A stretch of DNA of 64,000 nt from an uncultured Methanosarcinales archaeon (GCA_964453185.1 CAYVNN010000004.1:128706-192705), one strand, 5' to 3'. Positions 17,814-28,039 are shown, numbered from the stretch's first letter. Program-made: numbers and translations. The notes: generated from the letters alone by a model not told the origin.

Positions 17814-18002
17814 ATGAGTAAGGGAACAGCGTCACAAGGTAAGAAGTCAAGAGGTAAATGTCATATTATATGTAGAAGATGTGGTAAACATACTTATCAT
17901 AAAACAAGAAATATTTGTAGTTCTTGTGGATTTGGTAGGACTGCAAAGCTAAGATCATATTCATGGCAGAAAAAGAAAAAAGTTGGGGCTAATCAGTGCT
18001 GA
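17814..18002 (+). CDS. rpl37e: Ribosomal protein L37e
   Basis: MSKGTASQGKKSRGKCHIICRRCGKHTYHKTRNICSSCGFG is the C4 zinc-ribbon L37e. Conserved Sm-L37e adjacency. Confidence 0.85.
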   Translation: MSKGTASQGKKSRGKCHIICRRCGKHTYHKTRNICSSCGFGRTAKLRSYSWQKKKKVGANQC

Positions 18003-18101
18003 TTGTGATTATTTTTAATTCTTAATTTTGTTTTTTTAATATTTAAATTGAAATAAGGATACAAATAGCAATTATTTTTAGAAATCTTTTAATAATTCTT
18101 C

Positions 18102-19367
18102 TTGTTTTTGTTTGTTATGGTATCATTAAGTTTGTGTATTATTGCTAAGAATGAAGAAGATTTTATTCAAAGTTGTATAAGTTGTGTTAAAGACATGATT
18201 GATGAGGTTATTCTTGTAGATACTGGAAGTATTGATAAAACAAAGGAAAAAGCAAGACAAATATGTTCTGATGTTAAGATATTTGATTTTGAATGGTGTG
18301 ATGACTTTGCAGCTGCTAAAAATTTTGCAATTAGAAAAGCAACTTCTGATTGGATTTTTGTTTTAGATGCAGATGAAGTTGTTGAAAAACAAGATATTGA
18401 GAAGATTAAGGAAATAATTCAAGATACATCTTATGTTGCGTTTGCATTTACGTCAAGACATTATACAACAGAAAAGATACATGCAAACTGGCATATGATT
18501 AAAAATGCTGAGAGAAAAGATTTTATGCAAGGTTTTTTAGGGTATTACGATGTTAATCATATTACTCGTTTATTTTTGAATGATGAAAATCTTTATTTTC
18601 AAGGAAAGGTACATGAAGATATTAATCCTTCTATTTTTGAATATGATAAAAAAGTTGGAAATAAAAAGTGTAAGGTTTTAAAGATCCCTATTCATCATCT
18701 TCATATTAAGAAGAAAGGAAGTTTTATTGATGGAAAACAGAAATATTATTATAAACTGTCTAAGGAAAAATTACAAGAACATCCTGATTCAAAGATTGCA
18801 TTAGATGTTGCGGTGGGTTCTGTTTTATTTGATAATGATGTTGAATCTTCTTTAAATTATCTTGTTAAGGTTCTTGAGATTGATGGGGTTGATGGTGTTC
18901 TTGTTGAGAAGATAATTAAGTTAATTGATGGTGGGGATTTTATTAATGCATTACGTTTAGTTTTTGATAATTTTGTTTTTAAAAAACATGACTTAAATTC
19001 TGTTTTAAATCTAGCAAAATCATTGAATAGAATTAATAAAGTAAAAGAAGCATTAGTTGTTTTGAAAAGAATTTATATGTTGAATCCACAGAACACAATT
19101 GTTCTTGAATATTTGGGTGTATGTTTATCAAGAATGGGTAAAATAAAAGAATCTATTATTGTTTTTGAAAGAGCATTAGAATTAGAATCTTTTGATAAAA
19201 AGAAAGCAATGTTTTGTTTTAATCTAGGAGCTCTTTATGAGAAGGTAAATGAACTGAATAGATCTATTAATTATTATGAAAAAGCAATTAATTTTGGTTT
19301 TAAGAATGGGGACCAATTAAAAGGAAGAATTAATTTATTAAGATTGGAATTAAGTAAGAAAGGTTAA
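18102..19367 (+). CDS. Glycosyltransferase family 2 domain fused to C-terminal TPR repeats
   Basis: N-terminal SLSLCIIAKNEEDFIQSCISCVKDMIDEVILVDTGSIDKT (GT2 DxD-type fold). C-terminal TPR-like helical repeats (…ALELESFDKKKAMFCFNLGALYEKVNELNRSINYYEKAI). Confidence 0.65.
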   Translation: MFLFVMVSLSLCIIAKNEEDFIQSCISCVKDMIDEVILVDTGSIDKTKEKARQICSDVKIFDFEWCDDFAAAKNFAIRKATSDWIFVLDADEVVEKQDIEKIKEIIQDTSYVAFAFTSRHYTTEKIHANWHMIKNAERKDFMQGFLGYYDVNHITRLFLNDENLYFQGKVHEDINPSIFEYDKKVGNKKCKVLKIPIHHLHIKKKGSFIDGKQKYYYKLSKEKLQEHPDSKIALDVAVGSVLFDNDVESSLNYLVKVLEIDGVDGVLVEKIIKLIDGGDFINALRLVFDNFVFKKHDLNSVLNLAKSLNRINKVKEALVVLKRIYMLNPQNTIVLEYLGVCLSRMGKIKESIIVFERALELESFDKKKAMFCFNLGALYEKVNELNRSINYYEKAINFGFKNGDQLKGRINLLRLELSKKG

Positions 19368-19405
19368 TATTAGTTTATTTTCGCAATACTTATAAATAAA
19401 TACTT

Positions 19406-20085
19406 TTGATATATTTATGTGGTGTTTTTCTGGTGGTTAATGTAGGTAAAGTAGAGGATATTGAGTTAAATTGTAAGACTGCTTATTTAGCAGGAGTTAT
19501 TATTGGCGATGGTCATATATCTAATTCAACTAAGTCAAAGTTAGATTTATTAAGGATTATAAAATTGTTATTGATATTGCAGATAAAAATTTTCTTTATT
19601 GTCTTTATAATATGATTAAAACTATGATTTTAACTAAAAGTATTCCAAGACCAACAAAAATTAGAGGAAATCGAAAAGAACGGTGGTGTTTTCAGTTTAG
19701 AAACAAATCATTTTACTTTTTCCTTACTGGATACTTAGGGATAATAGCTGGCTCAAAAAGTTCATTTGTTAGAATGCCTTTGAAAATTAAAAATGCAAAT
19801 ATTAGGTTAAAAAAATATTTCTTAGCAGGATTATTTGATACTGATGGTGGTTTTAGAGGTAATTCTCTTGGATTTACAACTGCAAGTAAAGACTTAAATA
19901 AGGATGTTCATGATTTATTGGATGAATTATTAATCAGACATAGTCTTGATAAATGGGAAAATAAAAAATATGGAAAATTTTATTATGGGATTAGAATTGC
20001 TAAGTCTGAAATAGATAATTTTTTAAATAAGGTGCCTATACAAAACAAAGAAAAGTTGAAAAGAATCCGTTCCAGATTCCCTTGA
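19406..20085 (+). pseudogene. LAGLIDADG homing endonuclease (two LAGLIDADG motifs) interrupted by a frameshift
   Basis: Motif 1 YLAGVIIGDGHI is in frame 2 (19406-19615). Motif 2 FLAGLFDTDGGF is in frame 1 (19612-20085). The frame change lies near the A5 run at about 19584. The stop TGA (20083-85) overlaps position 1-2 of the downstream tRNA. Confidence 0.55.
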
Positions 20086-20294
20086 GGGGGTGCCGGAGTG
20101 GTCAAACGGGACAGATATTTTTATTTCAACTTTTTAGAATAAAATTAGTTTAAGCTTAGGCCACTTCACTGGTGTAAAGAGTTTACAGCTGTGATTGGAA
20201 GACACCTGTTGGCTTAGTGCCTACTAGGGTTCAAACATGCTCACTAGCGTTTGGAGCTTCCAACGTTAGGGCGTTGAAAGTCCCTACCCCCTCA
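20084..20294 (+). tRNA. Intron-containing class II tRNA, probably tRNA-Leu (A73), with a T-loop (59/60-60/61) intron and a large anticodon-region intron
   Basis: Acceptor GAGGGGG/CCCCCUC with A73. Class II D-arm UGCCGGAGUGGUCAAACGG. Variable-arm hairpin GGCUUAGUGCC. T-arm UAGGG-UUCAAA[45-nt intron]U-CCCUA. A T-run follows. Anticodon not resolved by eye; CUUAG loops are present. Confidence 0.5.
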
Positions 20295-20463
20295 TTTTTG
20301 ATTTCTTATTATGATTATGTGTTATATGTGGTATCTTTATATAATTTATATCTTTATTATAATAAATTATGTTAATCACTATTGGGGGGTATCGTAGTTA
20401 AACATGAGAATTCTGACCGTATGCTTCTTCTCGTGGTTTTTGTGTTTTTTAAGTATCTCTTCT

Positions 20464-20600
20464 CGACAAAAACTTTATAAACCTGAAAAATAATTTTAAG
20501 ATTTAGTGAGCTTATGCTAACTAATGTTATGTCGACGACAAAATGTGGTTGTTGCACAGAGGCATTATCATATGCTGTATGACGACATAAACTTTATAAA
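20464..20600 (+). promoter_or_regulatory. Tandem duplicated BRE/TATA-like elements (CGACAWAAACTTTATAAA) in the long leader of the S-layer gene
   Basis: Copies at 20464-20482 and 20582-20600, about 246 and 128 nt upstream of the ATG at 20728. SD ggaggtg lies 7 nt before the ATG. Confidence 0.4.
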
Positions 20601-20727
20601 GCACATGACTCACAAACACAGGAAAGATAGCACGGCAAGAGATGTGTGTCTTAAAATTTGTTAACACTTAGTAGCCTAGGAGAAAACAAAAAGAAAAACA
20701 AGTGTTAAAAAACTCGGAGGTGTCAAA

Positions 20728-23199
20728 ATGCGAGTAAATAAAACAATTAAGAAGATTGCTTCTGTAGGAGTAGCAGTCGGAATGGTTGGCGCAACCTTAA
20801 TGGGAGCGGCAATGGCAGCAGACCTCAGCGAATACCCGTATATGTTTATCGAAGACGGAAACTTTAATGGGTTATTGGTAGTAGGAGCTGATGCAAGAGC
20901 AGAAGATATTATTGGAATAACTAATATCGCAACAAGCTTACAGACAGTATCTGTTAAAACAACAGTAGTTAGTTCTGGTGCAGGAAGCAGTTCAGATAGA
21001 GTGACTGTGACTGATGGAGTAGAACTATGTGATAGAGATCTATTTGTAGGTCAAGCAATCTCTGGTTGTGAAGCAAGTGTCGATGATGCAGAATTACCTG
21101 ATTTATTAGGTGATGATATTTATCATGACGCAGAAGGAGATAATGACAATGATGAAAGGTATACACAAGAAGTCTTGTTCCAAACAAACGTAACAGGTGT
21201 TTTTAAGTTTGATCAAGATGACGATGATGCACCAGTTGCAGATACATATGTCTTCATAGACGACTCAAATGCTTACTTCTATAATTATACATTGAAGTTT
21301 GATGATAGAGCAGACTATGATAATACATCTTCAACAACTGCAGCAGACGATATTGAAGGAACAACACTAACTATTCAAGGAAGAGAATACACAATTACAG
21401 ATGTTAAGGTTTCATCAGGTCAGTTATCTGAAATTGAGATGCAGGCTGGAGAAACAGTTGTCTGGATGAGTGAAGGAGAAACAGTTGATAGAACAGTTGA
21501 TGGTGTAAGTCATTCAATTGAAATGATTGACGTTACAGGCGATGCAACAGAAAGCACAGGTTCATGTGGTTTCAAAATTGATGGAACAACAGCATGGATT
21601 GATGTTGATGATACAGACACAATAAATGGTGTTACAATTGGTGTTATCGATGCAAAAGCTGTTAATATTGAAGCACAAGACCAGGATGTATGTAAGGTTG
21701 TAATCGGAGCTCATGAAATTAAGTTAGTTGATACAGACGAACTTGAAATTAATGATGAAGATGTAGATGGAACATACTGTGAAATTTCAGAAAAAACAAC
21801 AGCATCTGAAGGAAGATGGAGTGGATTTAGTATTTCATTTGCCCCAGACTTAGATGAAGTATATTTAGGACCTGGAGATGAGTATATTGATCCAATCTTA
21901 GGAAACTTCAAATTTGTATTTGGTGGAGTTAACACAGGCGGAATTGAAACCTTTGAATGGGTAACAGGCAGTACAAGCGGTTATCTAAGATTCTCTAATG
22001 AGGATGGAAGAGAAGTTGAAATTCCACTATGTGCAGATGAAAATTCACCTGGATATGATAGTAGTGAAGCTTCAAATGAGCCAGTATATTTAGGTGACGA
22101 TGCTCCAACAACAAGTGACAATAATGAAGACAAAGCATTATATCTTGAAGGTGAAGTTTGTAGTGGAAGTAGTTCAGATGTTTCAAATTGTGTAGGTGCA
22201 ATGTTTTTAGTAATTACATCAACAACAAATGAAGCACACATAGTTGAAATTACAAACATTGATACAAATGACAACCAAATGGACTTTAGAGACTTAACAT
22301 ATGGAACAGAAGACAAAGATTTGGACTATACAAATGGAACAGATATGGGCTTTGCTTTAAGTGGTGGTGTTGGTACCATTAACTTGTCAGTTGATGAATC
22401 AGCAGGAATCATTAATTTTACAAGTACTGGAACAGCATCTGGTGCAACAATTGAAACACTTGAAGAAGCATCATTGGCTATTTTGAACTCAGATCTTGTT
22501 AACCAAACATATGAAGGATGGAACTTCTCTGAAGGAAATGATGGTGACATCAATGTATATCTATCTGATTATACTGTATATGCAGTCTATGATGATTCAG
22601 ATGATAGTACCATTGAATTCAATCATACAACATTGAGTACAACAGATGGATATGGTTGGGCAGATGAAAGTTCTGACAATGATGACTTTGTAAAGTTCTA
22701 TACATTGAAAGGTTCTTTGATTACATATGACCAAGAAGACAAACAAAGTTTAGTAATTGAACATCCACACGATGCAGTATATGCAGAAGTGTATATAGCT
22801 CCAACAGATGCTGATACACTTGAAGTTGCAGATGAAGGCGCTGTAAGTGAAGAAGTTCAAAAGATCAGTGTTAATGCAGTTAAGCTGGACTCCGAAGTAA
22901 CAAGTGTTACAGATAAAAACATTGTTGCAGTAGGTGGACCATGTGCTAACTCAGTTGTTGCTGAATTAATGGGCAACCCAGCTGAATGTGAAACATCACT
23001 AGGCATTAGCAGTGGACAAGCTTTGATTAAGTTGTACGAAAACGGTGACTATGTAGCAGTTGTTATTGCAGGTCAAGACGCTATGGATACCAGATTAGCA
23101 TGTCAGATTATGTCTAACTGGGATGACTACAGCTTGACAGGCGACGAAATGGTTGCAACCACAGTTAGTGAAAGCAGCTTAAGCGTAACAGCTCAATAG
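20728..23199 (+). CDS. S-layer-like major surface (glyco)protein
   Basis: Signal peptide MRVNKTIKKIASVGVAVGMVGATLMGAAMAADL. Very acidic, Thr/Ser/Asn-rich 823-aa protein. The C-terminal …IVAVGGPCANSVVAELMGNP… resembles the methanogen S-layer C-terminal domain. Locally higher GC and a strong SD suggest high expression. Confidence 0.6.
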   Translation: MRVNKTIKKIASVGVAVGMVGATLMGAAMAADLSEYPYMFIEDGNFNGLLVVGADARAEDIIGITNIATSLQTVSVKTTVVSSGAGSSSDRVTVTDGVELCDRDLFVGQAISGCEASVDDAELPDLLGDDIYHDAEGDNDNDERYTQEVLFQTNVTGVFKFDQDDDDAPVADTYVFIDDSNAYFYNYTLKFDDRADYDNTSSTTAADDIEGTTLTIQGREYTITDVKVSSGQLSEIEMQAGETVVWMSEGETVDRTVDGVSHSIEMIDVTGDATESTGSCGFKIDGTTAWIDVDDTDTINGVTIGVIDAKAVNIEAQDQDVCKVVIGAHEIKLVDTDELEINDEDVDGTYCEISEKTTASEGRWSGFSISFAPDLDEVYLGPGDEYIDPILGNFKFVFGGVNTGGIETFEWVTGSTSGYLRFSNEDGREVEIPLCADENSPGYDSSEASNEPVYLGDDAPTTSDNNEDKALYLEGEVCSGSSSDVSNCVGAMFLVITSTTNEAHIVEITNIDTNDNQMDFRDLTYGTEDKDLDYTNGTDMGFALSGGVGTINLSVDESAGIINFTSTGTASGATIETLEEASLAILNSDLVNQTYEGWNFSEGNDGDINVYLSDYTVYAVYDDSDDSTIEFNHTTLSTTDGYGWADESSDNDDFVKFYTLKGSLITYDQEDKQSLVIEHPHDAVYAEVYIAPTDADTLEVADEGAVSEEVQKISVNAVKLDSEVTSVTDKNIVAVGGPCANSVVAELMGNPAECETSLGISSGQALIKLYENGDYVAVVIAGQDAMDTRLACQIMSNWDDYSLTGDEMVATTVSESSLSVTAQ

Positions 23200-23202
23200 A
23201 AC

Positions 23203-23240
23203 TGAAAGAATTTTTTCTTTCTTTTTTCTTTTTTTTTTGA
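23203..23240 (+). terminator. Long oligo-T terminator after the S-layer gene
   Basis: ctgaaagaattttttctttcttttttcttttttttttg. Confidence 0.45.
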
Positions 23241-23284
23241 TAACAAAAACTAATTCTTAGAAATTTAATCATTTTTTATATTTG

Positions 23285-23425
23285 ATATTGAGCCAATGCT
23301 GTGATTTCTATAAGCAATAGTAGCACAGCGGCTCTGCCACTAAGGATAATTATAAGTACGAACCGTGTTCTGACGTCATTCTATAGTATAGTTTGATAGT
23401 GAGCCAAGGCGGTGCTACTATTGTT
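23285..23425 (+). repeat. Structured intergenic repeat family copy E2
   Basis: AAUAGUAGCAC-AGCGGCUCUG ... GAUAGUGAGCCAAGGCG-GUGCUACUAUU with perfectly complementary ends. A degenerate extra 3' core, tgagccaatgctgtg, sits at 23290. Confidence 0.6.
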
Positions 23426-23448
23426 ATTTTAATTGTTAATGTTTAACC

Positions 23449-24654
23449 TTATAACATTGTAGCAACAATTATATTATGTTTTGTTCTAATTATCTTAGCT
23501 TTGACTGTGCCTTTATCTTTTTTACAGTTAATTACTGAGACTACTCTGCCTCTAGAAACAGCTAATTTCTCGTTAATAAATCTTCCAGGTGATATTATAT
23601 CTAATTTTAATATTTCATCCTTTTTGAATGGATTCTTTAATTGCTTGCATTTCTTAATTTTAAAATCATCAGGACCAAGTATTAACTTGATTTTGTATTC
23701 TTTTTCATATTCTTTTAGTTCTGAATAAAATTCATCCCATGATTTCTGTTTTGCAGGTTTTCTTCCATTTTTATAATATAGGTAATTTTGTATTCCTATT
23801 TCTACTTTATTTTCTTTTGCAAATTTTATTATTTTTGAAATTTCATTATCATTTATTCCTGGAACCCATACTGGTGCAATAGTTATCTTAATAGGATTAT
23901 TCTTAAGATATTTTACTAATTCAATTGAATGATTAATATTATAATGATTAGATCCTGCCATCTTCTTAGCAAGTTCTTTATCTATTGAATTAATTGAGAT
24001 ATTGATTCTTGTTAAACCTGCTTTAATAAGTTTATCTGCTATTGTTTTACTGATTAATTGTGCATTTGTGTCCATAGAAATTCGTTTAATTTCATTGATT
24101 TTGGATAGTTCTTCTATTAATGGAATTAATTCAGCATATAATAAGGGTTCTCCTTGTACTCCTATATGTACTTCAATGTCATTACATTCTTTTTCTTTTA
24201 TTACTTTGATTAATTCTTGTATTAAATAATCTTTTTCAATTACAATGTCTATTGTTTTATTTGGGTTTGATTCATTGACAGAACAATAAATACAGTCAAG
24301 ATTACATCCAGTAACAGGTTTAATTTCAATGATGTTGGAGCCTCTGTCTACTATTCCAAATGATCCACTTCCAACTAAAGGAATTCCTGAATTTTGATGG
24401 ATATATAGTGTTTTTTTATTATTTAATGTATTTCTTAATTTAGTGAATCCAATGTCTATTAATCTCATAAATTTGTTATTAGCTGATTTTTCGCTTATTG
24501 ATGGGAATTCGATTGAATTAGTATTTAATTTATGTTTTTCTATCTTGGTTAAGGCTTCTTTTTCTATATGAAAATAATAATTTTTAAGAAAAATAACCTT
24601 AATTCTATTAGCTTCATCTTTGAATTTTAGGGTTTTGAATTCTAATTTTGCCAT
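23449..24654 (-). CDS. Radical SAM domain protein (function unknown)
   Basis: CNLDCIYC (CxxxCxxC) at about residue 117 and a GVQGEPLL glycine-rich SAM motif. 401 aa with a basic C-terminal tail. Confidence 0.6.
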   Translation of the reverse strand: MAKLEFKTLKFKDEANRIKVIFLKNYYFHIEKEALTKIEKHKLNTNSIEFPSISEKSANNKFMRLIDIGFTKLRNTLNNKKTLYIHQNSGIPLVGSGSFGIVDRGSNIIEIKPVTGCNLDCIYCSVNESNPNKTIDIVIEKDYLIQELIKVIKEKECNDIEVHIGVQGEPLLYAELIPLIEELSKINEIKRISMDTNAQLISKTIADKLIKAGLTRINISINSIDKELAKKMAGSNHYNINHSIELVKYLKNNPIKITIAPVWVPGINDNEISKIIKFAKENKVEIGIQNYLYYKNGRKPAKQKSWDEFYSELKEYEKEYKIKLILGPDDFKIKKCKQLKNPFKKDEILKLDIISPGRFINEKLAVSRGRVVSVINCKKDKGTVKAKIIRTKHNIIVATML

Positions 24655-24748
24655 TATTGTTGTATTTACATTGACCTTTATAAATGTAATTGTCTCTTGA
24701 TTACTGTAATGAATAATTTTATATAGCTTTTTTATATCCTAAATTGAT

Positions 24749-25516
24749 ATGGAGGGGGAAAATTCACAGCAGGTTAATATTAGTATTACATATGAGACTC
24801 TTTTTGAGATGATTAGGTTAGAGAAAACTAAGAATGATTTACAGAAGTTGAGTCCTACTTTTTTTGCTGATTTTATTCAATATTTTAAAGAAAAAAATGC
24901 AATATTAAGAAGAAAGGAACAGGATTCTGACTTGTTTAATGCAGAAGAAATTAGAAAATTAAGGACCCAGATTGAGAATATTATTAAATTGTTTAATGAA
25001 TTATATACTAGAAGAGAAAGAAAGATTGTTGATATGGCATTGAATAAGGTTAAGACTAATTCTGATCAAATTAACTTGTCTACTCTTTTGAAAGAAGAAA
25101 GGATTTTTTATGATATGTTAGTTGAAAGATTAAATTTACAAAGAAAAGAAGTCTTGAATAGAGTTGTTACTCTTAAAGAACCAGATGTTAGAAGACCAAT
25201 TGTTAATAATGTTGTAGAGAATGAGGAAAAGAAAATTGTTGTTGATCAAGAAAAAGAAGTAGTTATTAATCAAGAAGTTCAAAATACAGTTTCTCAGAAT
25301 ACTGTTACTCAACAAGAAAAAATAGTTGAGAAGTTAGAAACTGATAAGAAGGAATCAGAAAAATTAGTTAGATTTATTAGTGCGATTCCTAAATTTTTAG
25401 GTCCTGAATTAGAAGTATTTGGACCTTTTTTTGAGGAAGATATGGTTACATTACCGACAAAGATTGCTGATATATTAATTAAAAAAGGAAGAGCAGAAGA
25501 AATAACTATGGCTTAA
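24749..25516 (+). CDS. GINS complex subunit (Gins51-like)
   Basis: Helical A-domain (YETLFEMIRLEKTKNDLQKLSPTFFADFIQYF). The C-terminal B-domain PKFLGPELEVFGPFFEEDMVTLPTKIADILIKKGRAEEI matches the Gins51 YGPF...LP...A.IL...G.A..I pattern. Confidence 0.55.
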   Translation: MEGENSQQVNISITYETLFEMIRLEKTKNDLQKLSPTFFADFIQYFKEKNAILRRKEQDSDLFNAEEIRKLRTQIENIIKLFNELYTRRERKIVDMALNKVKTNSDQINLSTLLKEERIFYDMLVERLNLQRKEVLNRVVTLKEPDVRRPIVNNVVENEEKKIVVDQEKEVVINQEVQNTVSQNTVTQQEKIVEKLETDKKESEKLVRFISAIPKFLGPELEVFGPFFEEDMVTLPTKIADILIKKGRAEEITMA

Positions 25517-25518
25517 TT

Positions 25519-25630
25519 GTTATTAGCACTACAGCGGCTCTGGTACGATGTTAATTATGAAGTACGTATCTTATCTTTACGCTATTATAAATTAAATAAG
25601 ATAGTGAGCCAAGGCGGTAATGCTAATTTA
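25519..25630 (+). repeat. Structured intergenic repeat family copy E3
   Basis: UUAUUAGCACUA-CAGCGGCUCUGGUAC ... GAUAGUGAGCCAAGGCGG-UAAUGCUAAU. Sits between convergent gene ends. Confidence 0.6.
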
Positions 25631-27214
25631 TTATTTAGTTATATTGTAAATATATATTGAATATCCTATATTATCTATTGGTTCATGTTCTTTGATCCAA
25701 TCAATACATCCTTCTTGTGTGTTTGTTAAGTCTTGTAAAAAGTTTACACTTATTGCAATTAATCCTTCTCCATCATAACAAGGGATTTGTTCATAATTAT
25801 TAATTCCTCTTAGTTCTGGTGGTTCATGTGTAAATACTGATAATTTAATTGATTCGTTTTCTAGGTTATGTTCTGAGACCCATTCACCTAATCCCTTTAG
25901 ATCTTGGCCCCATGCAATATTTGAATCAAGTAAGTAATTATATCCTTGTTCTGGTCCACCTGTTGCCACATTGAAATATGCAAGATAATGTGGATAGATT
26001 AATATGTTAGATAATAAGTAACATATTCCAATGATTATTAAAAATATGTAAAAATATTTTTTATAGTTAATATCTATTTTTATGTTTATTATTTTACTTA
26101 CAAATACAAATATGAAAGGAAATATTGGAAGAATATGTCTTAAACCTATGTTTATATTGTTGAGCATAAATGCAATAAGGTATAATACAATAGGAATGAT
26201 TATGAATAATTCATTTTTAATACTTATGTCTTTAATTTTTTTAAAGATTGTTAGGGTTATCGTCGACAATATTAATAGTATTGTTGGAATTGGTGTTTTG
26301 AATAAGAATGCTAATGGGAAATAATACCACCAGCCTTGTGTAGAATGCATACCCATTAAAAATGAAGCATGTCCTTGTGTAGAATGGTTTATAACAAAGT
26401 TTAGTCCTTCAAAATAATAATGAAATTCTTTAAAACCATATGTTAATGAGAGGATGAATAAACCAATTAGTCCTATGATTATAATTAATATGAACATGTT
26501 AATTGAATATTTTGTTAGTTTATTTTTATCAAAGTTTTTGTCTTTTGTCTTTAGGTATATGTGTGTAAAAAATAATATTCCTATGATTGGAATTAAGAAT
26601 ATCCCTGTAAATTTTGCTGAGCATGCTAAGCCTAAGAAAATACCTGTTTTAATTAAATTTGATTTTGTTCTTTTTTTACAAAATTTCCAAAAATAATATA
26701 CTGTAATGAATAGGAATGCTGTTATTCCCATATCTGTTTGAACAATTCTTGAATGGGTAAGTATGTTTGGACTAAATATGTATAAAAATAAAGCAATAAA
26801 TCCTGCTTTTATTCCATATAATTCTTTTGACCATTTAAAGACATAGAATCCAAGGAGGAGTGCTGTTAAGACAATAGGAATTCTACTCCAGAATAATATT
26901 TGATCTGTATTATTGTTTGTTTCAAATAAAAATTCTTTTCCAAAGTTCCATTCATCTGTGTTCTTCCAGTATTGGCTATTTTTATTAAAGTTTAAGTCGA
27001 GAAATAATAATGGAATTCCTCCTGATAATTTCATTAATGGTGGATGTTCTGGATTCATTCTATAATCAAATGTTTTCCAATAAGAATATCCAGCAGGAAT
27101 ATGTGCTGTTTCATCAACTGTTGTTGATTTTTGTGCCATACTAGATGTTGCTAAGATAAACATTAATACTAACATTAATGCAACAATTATTTTAGTATAG
27201 GCCTTTCCAATCAT
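25631..27214 (-). CDS. Dol-P-sugar-dependent glycosyltransferase, GT39/GT83 (PMT/ArnT-like) family
   Basis: DETAHIPAGYSYWKTFDYRMNPEHPPLMKL is the DE...HPPL signature of ArnT/PMT_2 transferases. About 12 TM helices. Confidence 0.7.
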   Translation of the reverse strand: MIGKAYTKIIVALMLVLMFILATSSMAQKSTTVDETAHIPAGYSYWKTFDYRMNPEHPPLMKLSGGIPLLFLDLNFNKNSQYWKNTDEWNFGKEFLFETNNNTDQILFWSRIPIVLTALLLGFYVFKWSKELYGIKAGFIALFLYIFSPNILTHSRIVQTDMGITAFLFITVYYFWKFCKKRTKSNLIKTGIFLGLACSAKFTGIFLIPIIGILFFTHIYLKTKDKNFDKNKLTKYSINMFILIIIIGLIGLFILSLTYGFKEFHYYFEGLNFVINHSTQGHASFLMGMHSTQGWWYYFPLAFLFKTPIPTILLILSTITLTIFKKIKDISIKNELFIIIPIVLYLIAFMLNNINIGLRHILPIFPFIFVFVSKIINIKIDINYKKYFYIFLIIIGICYLLSNILIYPHYLAYFNVATGGPEQGYNYLLDSNIAWGQDLKGLGEWVSEHNLENESIKLSVFTHEPPELRGINNYEQIPCYDGEGLIAISVNFLQDLTNTQEGCIDWIKEHEPIDNIGYSIYIYNITK

Positions 27215-27911
27215 TGACTTTCACCTTAAGTAAATCTAAGAACATGCTAATTGAATCTTTTATTGGATCTACTTTACTTCCTTCATCATTTATCCAAACA
27301 ACAGGGAGTTCTTTTATATTTAATTTATATTTTCTTGCAATATATAATATCTCGACGTCAAATGCAAATCTTTCCATTGTTTGTTTTTCAAATATTTTTT
27401 TTGCTGCTTCTTTTTTAAATAATTTAAATCCACATTGTGTATCTTTTATTCCTTTAACAGCAATAAGTTTTACTAGTAATGGAAAAATTTTACCAAGTGT
27501 ACTTCTTATTAAAGGTTGTTTTATTTTTATATCTGATTCTTTCATATTTCTAGATGCAATAATTATGTCATAATTATTTATATATTTAAGAAAATTATCT
27601 AATTCTTCTATTGGTGTTGAGTTGTCTGCATCTGTGAATAATATTAAATCTTTTTTAGCTTCAAGCATACCTCTTCTTACAGTATAACCTTTGCCTCTGT
27701 TAGGTATGTTTTTTAGAATTGTTAAGTTGTTTTCTTTTATCTGTGAAACTGTTTGTATTGTTTTATCTTTACTTCCATCGTCAACAACAACAATCTCATA
27801 ATCAAATCCTCTTTTTTTAAGATATTTTAATATTAATTGGATTGTTTTATTTATTCTCTTTTCTTCATTATATGCAGGAATTACAATTGATATGCTTGTT
27901 TTTTTCACCAT
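27192..27911 (-). CDS. GT2 dolichyl-phosphate sugar synthase (DPM1/ArnC-like)
   Basis: ISIVIPAYNEEKRINKTIQ...YEIVVVDDGSKDKT. Overlaps the start of the downstream GT39 gene, an arnC/arnT-like pair. Confidence 0.75.
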   Translation of the reverse strand: MVKKTSISIVIPAYNEEKRINKTIQLILKYLKKRGFDYEIVVVDDGSKDKTIQTVSQIKENNLTILKNIPNRGKGYTVRRGMLEAKKDLILFTDADNSTPIEELDNFLKYINNYDIIIASRNMKESDIKIKQPLIRSTLGKIFPLLVKLIAVKGIKDTQCGFKLFKKEAAKKIFEKQTMERFAFDVEILYIARKYKLNIKELPVVWINDEGSKVDPIKDSISMFLDLLKVKVNDWKGLY

Positions 27912-28039
27912 TTTATTATCTAAATATTCTTTTTTATTTAAATATTGTTTTATGATTATTCTTTACATATTTAAATATCCGATAATTTTATAAATACTTC
28001 ATTTTAAATATGATTATCATAATAATGGGTGTTTAAACA

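Noticed and set aside
19406-20085. Possibility that the LAGLIDADG ORF is an intein.
   Set aside because: There is no flanking host protein in frame (no extein sequence, no C-terminal HN/Ser-Thr-Cys junction context). It is free-standing between a GT2-TPR gene and a tRNA.
20084-20294. Considered whether the GC-rich block after the LAGLIDADG ORF is a miniaturised RNase P or SRP RNA, because of a GAAAGUCC-like string.
   Set aside because: Acceptor, D-arm, variable-arm and T-arm elements of a class II tRNA are all present. The GAAAGU string is the recurrent intron 3' motif seen in four other tRNA introns here.
20372-20557. 61-aa minus-strand ORF in the S-layer leader.
   Set aside because: No SD, overlaps the duplicated promoter elements, and has the composition of non-coding AT-rich spacer.
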